Source: a virus. From it: 64,000 nucleotides of DNA. The stretch lies in IMG/VR virus record IMGVR_UViG_3300032236_001503, positions 32,001 through 96,000 of that record, one strand, 5' to 3'. Every line of letters begins with the position of its first letter. Position 1 is the first letter of the stretch. Position numbers and translations under genes: made by a program. The notes under the pieces are model-generated. The model saw only the letters and a list, made by a program, of their open reading frames with translations. It was not told the origin of the DNA and searched no databases. This document shows positions 38,195 through 48,151 of this stretch, in pieces.

Positions 38195-38866
38195 ATGAAA
38201 GAAATAATAGACATATACGAACATCCAAAATACAAACATCTATACGATTGCATAGCACCGAGACCGCAACCACCAGATTTTGCATTACATTACTTTAACA
38301 ATGCCGAAAATTTAACTTTTGTTGATATTGGTGCAAACGATGGTGTTACTTGGAGCAATTCCTTATCAATGGAAATAAATTATGGATGGAATGGTATATG
38401 TATTGAGCCACATCCAGTTGCATATAAAAAATTAACCGAAAATAGAACTTGTAAATGCTTAAATTTAGCAGTTTCCGATGTGGATTTAGAGTTAGATTTT
38501 CTTGTTATTGAAGGAAAAGCCGAAATGCTTAGCGGATTGATTAAAGATTTCCACCCTGAACATAAAATAAGAATAAATGAAGAAGTAGCCAAAAATGGAG
38601 ATAAGGCATACAAACAAAAAGTTCATTCTAAACCTTTGCATTCTATTTTACAGGAAAATAATATTAGTAAAGTGAATTATTTATCAATTGATACAGAAGG
38701 ATCAGAGCTATCCATCATAAAGGGAATAGATTTTTCAAAAACCGACATAGACTTGATAAGCCTTGAGGTAAATTACGAAATAGAACCCACTAATCAATTA
38801 ATGGATTCCGTTGGTTATAAATTTTTAAATAAAATCTGCGGTGATGCTTTCTATTGCAAGAAATGA
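38195..38866 (+). CDS. FkbM-family SAM methyltransferase
   Basis: FVDIGANDG, WNGICIEP, LSIDTEGSE; start moved to ATG 38195. Confidence 0.9.
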   Translation: MKEIIDIYEHPKYKHLYDCIAPRPQPPDFALHYFNNAENLTFVDIGANDGVTWSNSLSMEINYGWNGICIEPHPVAYKKLTENRTCKCLNLAVSDVDLELDFLVIEGKAEMLSGLIKDFHPEHKIRINEEVAKNGDKAYKQKVHSKPLHSILQENNISKVNYLSIDTEGSELSIIKGIDFSKTDIDLISLEVNYEIEPTNQLMDSVGYKFLNKICGDAFYCKK

Positions 38867-39816
38867 AAATAGGTTTTTATCTACCTCATTTAGATATACA
38901 AGGAACAGGTGTTAGTTGCTTTGATTATGCATACTATAATGAAAAAATTCTTGGAAATAAATCTTATTTTTTCTGCGTCAAGAATCATCAAGGTACACAT
39001 CCTCTAGCAGAAAAAAAGTTTAAAGATAATTTAGATGTAATTGAAATAGAAAACGAATCAGACATGTTATCTTTGGATAAACATTGTAAAGATTTAGGAT
39101 TAGATGCTCTTTATATCCAAAAATTAGGTAAAAAATACGAAGGTGGTTATGTAGAAAGCACACCAATGCTTATTCATTGCGTAGGAGCCTATAATGAGCC
39201 ACATGGTAAGGTTTATTCATATGTCAGCGAATGGTTAAGTTCACATTGTTCCAATAACAGAATACCATTTGTTCCATACATGGTTCATCTACCAGAAACG
39301 GATGAAAACCTAAGAAAAGAACTTGGAATCCCATCTGATGCGATTGTTTTTGGTAGAACTGGTGGACCTTACTCATGGAATATACCATTTGTTAATGATG
39401 TGATTAAAAAAATATTAGATGAGAAAAAAAATGTGTATTTTTTATTTGCTAACACAAATCATTTTATAAATCATGATCGTGTAATATTTCATGAACCATT
39501 TGCTGATTTAATTTATAAAAGAAAATTTATAAATACGTGTGATGCGTTTTTACACGCAAGAAGTGAAGGTGAATCATTCGGTGCATCCGTAGCCGAATTC
39601 TCTATTTGTAATAAACCAATAATAACTTTTTCAAATTCACCAGAAAGAAATCATATTTTAACATTAAAGGAAAAAGGAATATATTATAATGATTTTATTT
39701 CATTATATAACATATTAAATGAATTTACACCACAAACAGATATTGAATGGAACGCATATCAAGCATTTACCCCAGAAAAAGTAATGGAAAAATTTAAAAA
39801 TGTCTTTTTAAGTTGA
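38863..39816 (+). CDS. GT-B (GT4-like) glycosyltransferase
   Basis: GTxVxxFDYAxYNE, VFGRxGG, CDAFLHARxxGESFGxxxAEF, KPI; start moved to ATG 38863. Confidence 0.8.
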   Translation: MKIGFYLPHLDIQGTGVSCFDYAYYNEKILGNKSYFFCVKNHQGTHPLAEKKFKDNLDVIEIENESDMLSLDKHCKDLGLDALYIQKLGKKYEGGYVESTPMLIHCVGAYNEPHGKVYSYVSEWLSSHCSNNRIPFVPYMVHLPETDENLRKELGIPSDAIVFGRTGGPYSWNIPFVNDVIKKILDEKKNVYFLFANTNHFINHDRVIFHEPFADLIYKRKFINTCDAFLHARSEGESFGASVAEFSICNKPIITFSNSPERNHILTLKEKGIYYNDFISLYNILNEFTPQTDIEWNAYQAFTPEKVMEKFKNVFLS

Positions 39817-39840
39817 TTAAATTATTTTTCAGTGTATACT
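39813..39840 (+). promoter_or_regulatory. Sigma70-like promoter TTGATT-N16-TATACT
   Basis: 11 nt before gp46 ATG. Confidence 0.6.
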
Positions 39841-39851
39841 TCTTTAAGTAA

Positions 39852-41648
39852 ATGAAAAAAGTTCAGTTTAATTCTGTAAAAATACAAAATTTTCTTTCTA
39901 TTGGAAAAGATCCAATAGTAATCGAATTCCAAAAAGGGATAAATCTTATTACTGGTGAGAATAAAGATAAGGGTGGCAAGAATGGAATTGGTAAAAGTTC
40001 TATATTAGAGTCAATTTATTGGTGTTTATTTGGAAATACCATTCGTGATCTCAAAAAGGATAAGATTATACACAATCTTAGTAAAAAGGATTGTAAGGTT
40101 ACTCTAGATATTTCGGTAGAAACTACGTCAGGTATAAAGAATTACTTGATAATTCGTTCAATTGAACCCACAAAAATATCTATTATTTGTGATGGTGAAG
40201 ATGTAACGCATTCTACTATGCCAGAAAACGATTCTTTTATTAAAGAAATTATCGGAGCTTCAGAAGAAGTCTTTCAGAATGCGGTCATAATGTCTGCAAA
40301 CAATACTTTGCCTTTCATGGCGCAGAAAAAAATCGATAAAAGAAAATTTATCGAAGGAATTCTTAATTTAAACATTTTTAGTGAAATGTTATTAAAGGCG
40401 AGAAGTGATTACAATGATCTAAAGAAGGAAAATGATCTCTTAAGTAATACATTCATTAATTTACAAAGAAATTTAACTACCTTTGAAGATCAAAAAGCTA
40501 ATGCTGAAACAAAAAAGCAAGAAAAGATCGACGCATTTAAAAATCGCATTAAAGAAAACGAAAAAACCATAGAAGATTTAAAGAATAATAATCTTCCTTT
40601 ACTTATTGATGTCAATAAAGAGATAAAAGAATTAGAAGATAAATGTAATACATTAAAAAATGGCGTAAAATCATTTAATAAAACAAAATCAGAACTTATA
40701 ACAAAGAGTTCAAATATATCTGCTGAAATAAGACAACTAGAAAAAGAAAAACAAAATATCATTAATAAGGGAAATACTTGCCCAACATGCAATAGAGAGT
40801 ATTGTGAGGACGATATTAAAGCAGTTCAAGAGAAATTAAAAGATATTGACTCTCAACTAATAGTTCTTGCTAACGAATCCTTTACTATTAACTCCGAAAA
40901 GATTGTTTGGGATGATAAAATCGAAGAAGTAGAAGAAGGAATTGAAAAAATCAATAAAAAAATCAGAAGTTTAGATCAAATTAAATCTGATATAAAACTT
41001 AATGATCAAAAAATTTCTAATTGCGAAGGAAATATTATAGATTGCTTAAAATGGATTGAAGAAACTAAGAAAGATGATCCATCAATTGATTCAAATATTG
41101 AAAAAACCCAAAAAGAAATTGAAAAAACCGAAAAAGAGTTGACCGATATTAAAAAAGATATGGCAATTCTTGATACTGTGAAATTTATTGTTTCGGAAGA
41201 AGGTGTTAAGACTTATATCGTTAAGAAAATGCTTACACTTCTTAACAATAAAATTAATTTTTATCTCCAAGCACTTGATACACCTTGTAAATGTGAATTT
41301 AATGAGTTGTTTGAAGAAACTATTATCAATGAAACAGGCAAAGAGTGTTCATATTTTAATTTTAGTGGTGGAGAAAGAAAAAGAATTGATACAGCAATCC
41401 TATTTATGTTTCAAGATTTATTGAGAATTCAAACCGGAACGTCATATTCTCTCAATATCTATGATGAAATGATCGATTCTGCATTAGATCAGAAGGGAAC
41501 TGATAAGATTCTTGAGTTACTTAAAGAAAAGGTTACGAAATATGATGAATCTGTCTACATTGTTAGTCATAAATCTTCCGATATGGCAAATATCGATAAC
41601 GTAATTCTTCTAGAAAAGGAAGATGGTGTAACTAAAATTGTTAGTTGA
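39852..41648 (+). CDS. gp46: Recombination ATPase subunit (Rad50/SbcC-like)
   Basis: Walker A NGIGKSS, coiled coil with CPTC hook, FSGGE signature, IYDE, VSH. Confidence 0.93.
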   Translation: MKKVQFNSVKIQNFLSIGKDPIVIEFQKGINLITGENKDKGGKNGIGKSSILESIYWCLFGNTIRDLKKDKIIHNLSKKDCKVTLDISVETTSGIKNYLIIRSIEPTKISIICDGEDVTHSTMPENDSFIKEIIGASEEVFQNAVIMSANNTLPFMAQKKIDKRKFIEGILNLNIFSEMLLKARSDYNDLKKENDLLSNTFINLQRNLTTFEDQKANAETKKQEKIDAFKNRIKENEKTIEDLKNNNLPLLIDVNKEIKELEDKCNTLKNGVKSFNKTKSELITKSSNISAEIRQLEKEKQNIINKGNTCPTCNREYCEDDIKAVQEKLKDIDSQLIVLANESFTINSEKIVWDDKIEEVEEGIEKINKKIRSLDQIKSDIKLNDQKISNCEGNIIDCLKWIEETKKDDPSIDSNIEKTQKEIEKTEKELTDIKKDMAILDTVKFIVSEEGVKTYIVKKMLTLLNNKINFYLQALDTPCKCEFNELFEETIINETGKECSYFNFSGGERKRIDTAILFMFQDLLRIQTGTSYSLNIYDEMIDSALDQKGTDKILELLKEKVTKYDESVYIVSHKSSDMANIDNVILLEKEDGVTKIVS

Positions 41649-41672
41649 TAAACAAATACAAACTTATAAATT
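41645..41672 (+). promoter_or_regulatory. Sigma70-like promoter TTGATA-N16-TAAATT
   Basis: 5 nt before ATG 41678. Confidence 0.6.
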
Positions 41673-41677
41673 TCAAT

Positions 41678-42988
41678 ATGGCACTTAAACTTAAAGAACA
41701 ACCAAAACCAGTTTCAAATGGAAACATTACCTTTGAATATTCCCCTTTATATGCAGGAATACCCAATCCACCTGCTGGATTGCCAGTTGGTATGCCCGTT
41801 TATTCCCATGTTTCGTTAAAACCGATTAATATTCCTGCTCCACCACCACTTGAAATGCCAGAAAGCTCACTTCCAAGAGCATTAAATTATTATGCTGATT
41901 ACGGTGGTTGTGGTTTTTGGAGAATGATATGGCCCGAATTCATGCTAAATCAATACCAGAAGGCTTGTATATCTGGATTGACTTGCATGGTTATGGATGT
42001 TCGCTTTTATCAAGGAATAAAGGCAATTAGAATGCAAAGACAGGCAACACCAATTCAAAGAGACTTTATTAAAGAGCTTAGAAAGGCAAGTAAGCAATTT
42101 GATTTTAGATTAATCTATGAAGTTGATGATATCGTATTCAAAGATGATATCCCAGATTACAATCGCTGCAAAGATGCATTCTGTGATCAATCAATTATCG
42201 ATAGTATTTTAGAAATTATGGGTATGATGGATGAAATTACCGTTACATGTCCATTCATGAAGGAATATTATCAAAATAAAACCGGAAATAAGAATATTAC
42301 CGTTATTCCAAACTATGCACCGAAGTTTTGGCTTGATAGATTCTACGATAAACAAAAAATTGAAAGATTATACGATGAAAACAAGAAAAGACCTCGTATT
42401 CTTTATTCTGGATCAGGTACACATATTGACGTTCTCAACAGAACGGGTCTTAAAGACGATTTCCATCACGTTGTTGATGCAATTATTAAAGCTCGTAAGA
42501 AATTTAAGTTTGTTTGGAAGGGTTGTTTCCCATTAGCAGTAAAACCATACATTGATAATGGCGAAATGGAATTCCTTGATTGGTCTCCTCTTCCAAATTA
42601 CCCACAAGGTCTTGTTGACGCTAATTGTAATGCTGTTTTTGCGCCATTAGTTGATAATATATTCAACAAGTCAAAGAGTAACATCAAAATGATTGAAGCT
42701 GGTGGTCTTGGACTACCGGGTGCGTATCAGGATATGTGTACATATGCTGAAGCAGAGCAAAAATTCAAGAATGGTGATGATTTAATCAATCAATTAGAAT
42801 ATATCACCTCTGATTTTGATCGTTATATGGATCTTTCGGGTAAAGCTAGAGAGTTTACGGAAGGATTATGGCTTGAAGATCATATGGATGAGTACGAAGC
42901 ACTCTATTTCACTGATTTTGGTTCAAAAGAGAGAAAAGAAAAGGCTCCAAGACTCATAGAACTCAATCCCGACCAAGATATTTCTTGA
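41678..42988 (+). CDS. GT-B fold glycosyltransferase with Pro-rich N-terminus
   Basis: GCGFWR..P, YEVDD, VIPN, GSGTH, FNxxKSxIKxxEA; start moved from TTG 41645 to ATG 41678. Confidence 0.75.
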   Translation: MALKLKEQPKPVSNGNITFEYSPLYAGIPNPPAGLPVGMPVYSHVSLKPINIPAPPPLEMPESSLPRALNYYADYGGCGFWRMIWPEFMLNQYQKACISGLTCMVMDVRFYQGIKAIRMQRQATPIQRDFIKELRKASKQFDFRLIYEVDDIVFKDDIPDYNRCKDAFCDQSIIDSILEIMGMMDEITVTCPFMKEYYQNKTGNKNITVIPNYAPKFWLDRFYDKQKIERLYDENKKRPRILYSGSGTHIDVLNRTGLKDDFHHVVDAIIKARKKFKFVWKGCFPLAVKPYIDNGEMEFLDWSPLPNYPQGLVDANCNAVFAPLVDNIFNKSKSNIKMIEAGGLGLPGAYQDMCTYAEAEQKFKNGDDLINQLEYITSDFDRYMDLSGKAREFTEGLWLEDHMDEYEALYFTDFGSKERKEKAPRLIELNPDQDIS

Positions 42989-43013
42989 TTTATGCAACCA
43001 TATGGTGCATAAT
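42985..43013 (+). promoter_or_regulatory. Sigma70-like promoter TTGATT-N17-CATAAT overlapped by an inverted repeat
   Basis: 6 nt before pol ATG; ttatgc(a)acc-atat-ggtgcataa hairpin. Confidence 0.55.
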
Positions 43014-43019
43014 TGAGTA

Positions 43020-45647
43020 ATGGCTTATAGAAATGTCTATTATGACAACAATAATGAGGTAATTCACCTCTTTACTTGGGATAAAGACGGCAATAGGACG
43101 AAAGTTCTATGCTCATATGAGCCATATCTATATCTAGAATCGCAAAATGGTTGCGATGGCAAGTCAATTTTTAATTCTACCCTTAAAAAGGTTAAATTTA
43201 ATAACCAAAGAGCTAGAAATAAGTTCGTACAAGAGACTCCGATTACGAGATTGTTCTATAATCTTGGAACTGATCAACAATTTCTTCTTGATAACTTTAA
43301 AAATGACGTAGATAAAGAAGATTATGGTAAACAACCATTAAAAATCTTCTATATTGATATTGAGACTTATTCTGATGGCACAGGCTTCTCAAAGGCATCG
43401 GATGCCGATGATCCAATTAACCTTATTACGATTTACGACTCATTAAGTGAAATGTTTTATACTTTTGGCTGTAAAACATACGCAACTTTAGAAAAAAACG
43501 TAAGATATATCAAATGTACATCAGAAAGAGATCTTCTTACTCAATTTATTAAGTTTTGGAAGAAAGATTACCCTGATATTGTTACCGGATGGAACATCGA
43601 TGGCTATGATATTCCCTATATCATCAATAGAATTTCAAAAATATGGGATAATGAAGATAAACCAAAGGAATTATCACCTGTTGGTAGAATTCAGTTTAGA
43701 GAAAACGTAGCAGTTAATAAATTAGGTCAACAAATTGATCGTTGGTATATTCACGGCATCAGTATTTTGGATTATATGGAAGTTTATAAGACTTTCGCAC
43801 AAGGAAATCGTGAAAATTATAGTTTAAACTATATTGGTGAATATGAATTAGGCGAAGGAAAGGTTGCAGTTGGTAGTTATTCCCTTTCTCGTCTGGCTGA
43901 TGAGGATTGGATGAAGTTTGTTGACTACAACATTCAGGACGTTCGCATATTGGTTAAGCTTGAGGAGACTTTGAAGTATTTAAAGCTAATTCGCAACCTT
44001 TCTTATAGGGGGTTTGTTCCATTCACAAAGGCACTGGCAAAGGTTTCGGTCATTACTGGTGCAGTTGCGCACCAAGCATTAAAGGATGGATATATAATCC
44101 CAACATTTACTGATGAAAGAGAGAAGAAAAAGTTTGCTGGTGGTTATGTTTATGAGCCTAAACCGGGTCTTTACGAAGATCTAGTCACATATGACGCAAA
44201 TAGTCTATATCCCAATACAATTATCACATTAAATATTTCACCAGAGACCAAAATCGGTAAAATATTGTCATTTGAAGACAATAAATTTCAAGTTTTACTC
44301 ACAAATCAAAAAACAGTTTCCTTTACAAAGGAAAACTTTAAAAAGTTTATTGATGAACAACAGCTTTCTATCACGAAGGCAAACATTCTTTACTCGCAGA
44401 AAGCAAAAGGAGTTGTTCCAAAGTTAATTGATAAACTTTACAAAGAAAGAATTGCAGCAAAGACAAAAATGTTAGAGGCAGAAAAGAAATTAGTTAAAAC
44501 TACCGATGAGAATCAGAAAAAGGTATTGGAAGAAGAGGTGGTAGATAACTACACACTTCAGAACGTGTATAAAACTTTGCTCAACTCCATTTATGGTGTC
44601 TTTTCCAACATCTACTCGCCACTTTTTGATATTGAACATGCCGAAAGCGTCACACTAACTGGTCAAGCAGTTGTAAAAACTGGTGCAAAGATCGTTCACG
44701 AATATGCAGTTGGTAAGGGATTTGATGGAAACCTGCATGATATATGCGTTTACTCTGATACCGATAGCGTATACTTCAGTTTTAGTAAATTATTTGCTAA
44801 GAATGGTATCACTTTGTCCAATAAAGATGGTGAAATTACTCCAGAAGCTAATCAATTGATTAAAGATATCGGTGCGGATCTCAATACTAAAATTAATGAA
44901 TGGGCAAAGGCTGAATTAAAAACTATTGACCCAAGATATTTCTTTAAAAGAGAGAAAATTTGTGATGTTGCCTTGCTTCAGGCTAAGAAATATTACATTC
45001 TTCACATCTTGGATAGCGAAGGTGTTCCAACCAATGAATTCTTATATAAGGGAATTGAAATTGCTACATCGAAAATATCAAAGGAGATTAAACAAATGTT
45101 AAAAAATGTTGTTGAGTCTGCAATTCTCTCAAAGGATAGAAATAAAGCTGGTCAATTATTTCAAGATAGTTACGAAGAGTTTTGTAAACTCCCCGTTGAC
45201 GCAATTGCAACAAGAAAAAAGGTAAACAATTATAAAAAATATGAAGGAATGATTCAGGAAAGCGGTGAAGTTGGTAAAGGAACACCGGGTCATACCAAAG
45301 CAGCTATTCATTTTAATACACTTCTTGAGAAATTAAATTTAACTAACAAGTATCATACAATTCAAACTGGAACAACTATCAAAGTTTTTTATTGTAAGAA
45401 AAACAAATATAATTATGATGTTCTTGCGTTCGGTGATGAATTTCCTCAAGAGATCCAAGAATATATCAAACCAGATTATAAGATGATGTTTGAAAAGAAT
45501 GTTATGCCAGTTGTAACAAGAATTTTTGAAATCATTGGGTGGCCCACACCAGCAATCGGTTGCCAAGAACATACTGATCTTATTGATTTATTCTCCCAAG
45601 ACATAAATGATTTTTTATATGAAGACGAAACTAATATCGATAACTAA
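43020..45647 (+). CDS. gp43: Family B DNA polymerase
   Basis: Exo I DIET, Exo II GWNIDGYD, Exo III YNIQDV; Pol motifs DANSLYP, KxLLNSxYG, YSDTDS. Confidence 0.97.
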   Translation: MAYRNVYYDNNNEVIHLFTWDKDGNRTKVLCSYEPYLYLESQNGCDGKSIFNSTLKKVKFNNQRARNKFVQETPITRLFYNLGTDQQFLLDNFKNDVDKEDYGKQPLKIFYIDIETYSDGTGFSKASDADDPINLITIYDSLSEMFYTFGCKTYATLEKNVRYIKCTSERDLLTQFIKFWKKDYPDIVTGWNIDGYDIPYIINRISKIWDNEDKPKELSPVGRIQFRENVAVNKLGQQIDRWYIHGISILDYMEVYKTFAQGNRENYSLNYIGEYELGEGKVAVGSYSLSRLADEDWMKFVDYNIQDVRILVKLEETLKYLKLIRNLSYRGFVPFTKALAKVSVITGAVAHQALKDGYIIPTFTDEREKKKFAGGYVYEPKPGLYEDLVTYDANSLYPNTIITLNISPETKIGKILSFEDNKFQVLLTNQKTVSFTKENFKKFIDEQQLSITKANILYSQKAKGVVPKLIDKLYKERIAAKTKMLEAEKKLVKTTDENQKKVLEEEVVDNYTLQNVYKTLLNSIYGVFSNIYSPLFDIEHAESVTLTGQAVVKTGAKIVHEYAVGKGFDGNLHDICVYSDTDSVYFSFSKLFAKNGITLSNKDGEITPEANQLIKDIGADLNTKINEWAKAELKTIDPRYFFKREKICDVALLQAKKYYILHILDSEGVPTNEFLYKGIEIATSKISKEIKQMLKNVVESAILSKDRNKAGQLFQDSYEEFCKLPVDAIATRKKVNNYKKYEGMIQESGEVGKGTPGHTKAAIHFNTLLEKLNLTNKYHTIQTGTTIKVFYCKKNKYNYDVLAFGDEFPQEIQEYIKPDYKMMFEKNVMPVVTRIFEIIGWPTPAIGCQEHTDLIDLFSQDINDFLYEDETNIDN

Positions 45648-46260
45648 ACCAGAAGTTGAAGGATTAACAACCGCAGAAGAATTAATTTCTTATTGTGCAA
45701 GAGTTTCAAATCCATCTAATCAGATGAATACTGAAACAGCACCAAGACTTCTTGCTTATTTAATTAAGCATAAGCACTGGAGTCCTTTTGAAATGGCAAG
45801 TATGACCGTAGAAATCAAAACTTCTCGTGCAATTGCTGCACAAATCCTTCGTCATCGTAGTTTTTCTTTTCAAGAATTTTCTCAAAGATATGCATCAGTT
45901 ATCGGTACTGAAAGAATTGAATGGAGAAAACAAGGTAAGACTAATAGACAAGTTGGTGATGAAGTTATAAAACTTCCGATTAAATTAGAAGATGATTTTC
46001 AATGGATTCAAGATAAATGTGAAGATCTTTATCATGATTTAATTAAAGAAGGAATTGCAAAAGAATGCGCTAGGATGGTTCTCCCTCTCAATACTTCAAC
46101 TACAATCTATATGAGTGGAACTATTCGTAGTTGGATTCACTACATTGATATTAGAGCAAAGGAAGACACTCAAAAAGAGCATCGTGAGATTGCATTAGAG
46201 ATTAAAGAAATATTCAAAAATAATTTTCCTAATACAGCAGAAGCATTAGATTGGAAATAA
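45619..46260 (+). CDS. thyX: Flavin-dependent thymidylate synthase
   Basis: HWSPFE, RHRSFSFQEFSQRY, ARxxLP, QKEHR; start moved to ATG 45619. Confidence 0.95.
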   Translation: MKTKLISITKPEVEGLTTAEELISYCARVSNPSNQMNTETAPRLLAYLIKHKHWSPFEMASMTVEIKTSRAIAAQILRHRSFSFQEFSQRYASVIGTERIEWRKQGKTNRQVGDEVIKLPIKLEDDFQWIQDKCEDLYHDLIKEGIAKECARMVLPLNTSTTIYMSGTIRSWIHYIDIRAKEDTQKEHREIALEIKEIFKNNFPNTAEALDWK

Positions 46261-46274
46261 TTTTATTTTGTCTA

Positions 46275-46302
46275 TTGATTTTGTTATAAAGTGTGTTAAA
46301 TT
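46275..46302 (+). promoter_or_regulatory. Sigma70-like promoter TTGATT-N16-TAAATT (TGn)
   Basis: 6 nt before ATG 46309. Confidence 0.6.
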
Positions 46303-46308
46303 TATTAT

Positions 46309-46701
46309 ATGTCAAATACAACAACGCCAACATTAACCGTAATATTAGATTCAGTCGGACGCACTATTCTCGGTGAGTCAGCTACATCAACTGATGCAGC
46401 TAAGATTGCTATCAAAAACCCAGTGGTTCTTCATGTTATCCCTGCTGATAATCAGGGTAAGATGTCAGTTCAGCTTCTTCCAATTTTCTTCAGAGAATTT
46501 CTCGGAGATAAGACCGGAGACGTTACCGTAACTTACGATACCGCTCGTGTTAGTACAACCGACATAGATGCTCTTGATTTCAGACTTCAGGCTCAATATG
46601 CTCAGATGTTTAACAAGGGTAATAGTTTTGTAACACCAGCATCACAGCCAACTAATGGCGGTGGTTCGAATCAGAGTGTAATTAATTTATTTGACGAGTA
46701 A
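46309..46701 (+). CDS. Hypothetical Sm-like fold protein
   Basis: 130 aa; IKNP..L.P...QY..MF; ends VINLFDE. Confidence 0.65.
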   Translation: MSNTTTPTLTVILDSVGRTILGESATSTDAAKIAIKNPVVLHVIPADNQGKMSVQLLPIFFREFLGDKTGDVTVTYDTARVSTTDIDALDFRLQAQYAQMFNKGNSFVTPASQPTNGGGSNQSVINLFDE

Positions 46702-46724
46702 ACTGCGATAAAAAATAACTCGCT

Positions 46725-46763
46725 AAAAATCCCAGATTGTCTTTGACTTTCTGGGATTTTTTG
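46725..46763 (+). terminator. Rho-independent terminator-like hairpin
   Basis: aaaaatcccaga / tctgggattttt 12-bp stem with T tail and A tract (possibly bidirectional). Confidence 0.7.
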
Positions 46764-46770
46764 TTATTAT
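46743..46770 (+). promoter_or_regulatory. Sigma70-like promoter TTGACT-N16-TATTAT (TGn) for uvsX
   Basis: 7 nt before ATG 46778; -35 box lies in the hairpin loop. Confidence 0.65.
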
Positions 46771-46777
46771 ATATTAT

Positions 46778-47878
46778 ATGGCTAAAAAGAAAAACGACGA
46801 AGTAGAACAAATTAAAAATGGAAATATTGAAGATGCTTTTCAAGTGCTATCGGATCTTAATCCAGAGGCAGCATTCCTTGATGATGGTAGTCTTTCGAGT
46901 GTGAATGAATGGATTGATACTGGATCTCTTGCACTTAATGCAATTATATCTGGTTCACTTTATGGTGGAGTCCCAATGGGAAGACTTACTGGATTTGTTG
47001 GTCCTGAATCTTGCGGTAAAACTTTGATGGTAAACAAAATCATGGCAAATGCTCAAAAGAAAGGTATGCATATCGCATATTTTGATACGGAAGGTGCATT
47101 AGATGAGAACACAGCAAAGAGACTTGGTTGCGATACTTCAAAAATTAAACATATCCCAAGTGAAGTTACTGAAAATTGTAGAAATCAAATTGTAAAGTTT
47201 CTTGATACCGTTGTTGAAAAGGGTCTTCAAGGAAAAGTTCTTCTTGCTATTGATTCTCTTGGTAACTTAATTACTGCACAGGAAAAAAAGAAGATTGAAG
47301 AAGGATCAGATACTCCAGATATGGGAAATAGAGCAAAGGCTCTTAAATCTATGATGAGAGCTATCACTCACTCCGCTGCAAAAGCTAATTGCCCTGTCAT
47401 TTTTACTAATCATATTTATGATGATCCATCTCAGCTTCATCCATCAGCAATCAAGAAGCAAGCAGGTGGTTCTGGACCCCTCTATATGGCTTCTGTAATT
47501 GTTCAAATGGCTAAAAAGGCAGAAAGAGCAGAGGATAGTAAGAACAAAGATTCAAATACCGAAACAACTCTTTTGTCAAAGGGTATTAATGGCTTAACAC
47601 TGAGAGCATTAACGACAAAAAATCGTTTTGTTACACCATTTCTTGAGATTGAGATGTATCTCAATTTTAGAACAGGTCTTAATAAATATTCTGGTCTTGT
47701 TGAAATGGCAGAAGGTTATGGTGTCATTGAGAAAAATGGTCATCGTTACGTTTTTAATGGAGAAAATCTCGGATTCTTTAAAGAATGGAAAGATAATGAA
47801 GAAGTATGGGCTAAGATCCTTCCTGTTCTTGAAGAGAAGCTACAAGTAGGTCTTGCATTCAAGAATGAATGCGCATAA
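46778..47878 (+). CDS. uvsX: RecA-like recombinase UvsX
   Basis: IDTGSxALN, GPESCGKT, YFDTE, IDSLG, TNH, GG, KNR. Confidence 0.95.
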   Translation: MAKKKNDEVEQIKNGNIEDAFQVLSDLNPEAAFLDDGSLSSVNEWIDTGSLALNAIISGSLYGGVPMGRLTGFVGPESCGKTLMVNKIMANAQKKGMHIAYFDTEGALDENTAKRLGCDTSKIKHIPSEVTENCRNQIVKFLDTVVEKGLQGKVLLAIDSLGNLITAQEKKKIEEGSDTPDMGNRAKALKSMMRAITHSAAKANCPVIFTNHIYDDPSQLHPSAIKKQAGGSGPLYMASVIVQMAKKAERAEDSKNKDSNTETTLLSKGINGLTLRALTTKNRFVTPFLEIEMYLNFRTGLNKYSGLVEMAEGYGVIEKNGHRYVFNGENLGFFKEWKDNEEVWAKILPVLEEKLQVGLAFKNECA

Positions 47879-47888
47879 ATAAACATAT

Positions 47889-48140
47889 ATGACAACATTA
47901 TTTCAAATTTTAAGTGGCAAAGAAGAAGATCTTTTGTCTTATTTTAAAGAAAAATATAATTTGGTAGAAAGGGAAGTAAAAGAAATTGCTACCATGATAG
48001 AAAAATCGGAAAAAGCTAACGAAATATCCGATCCACATGCAGTACCAAATGCATTTCAAAATAAACCAGCAACCGATACTAATAAAGTTAGTAAAGGTAT
48101 TGGTAATCTTTTTGGTGGTACTAGTTGGGGTAAAAATTAA
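47889..48140 (+). CDS. Hypothetical late protein
   Basis: 83 aa; TAAATA at 47876-47881. Confidence 0.55.
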   Translation: MTTLFQILSGKEEDLLSYFKEKYNLVEREVKEIATMIEKSEKANEISDPHAVPNAFQNKPATDTNKVSKGIGNLFGGTSWGKN

Positions 48141-48151
48141 TGATTTATAGG

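Noticed and set aside
41645-41677. ORF-track TTG start for the GT gene (similar over-extensions at 30446, 38147, 38854, 45607, 52956, 60221, 61827)
   Set aside because: This TTG is the -35 box of the promoter. In the other cases a downstream ATG fits stop-start coupling or reduces the overlap better.
45560-45647. Polymerase tail DFLYE as a transplanted gp55 clamp motif
   Set aside because: It partly overlaps the thyX start, so it may be coincidental; DLIDLF upstream already supplies a plausible clamp motif. Kept only as a side note.
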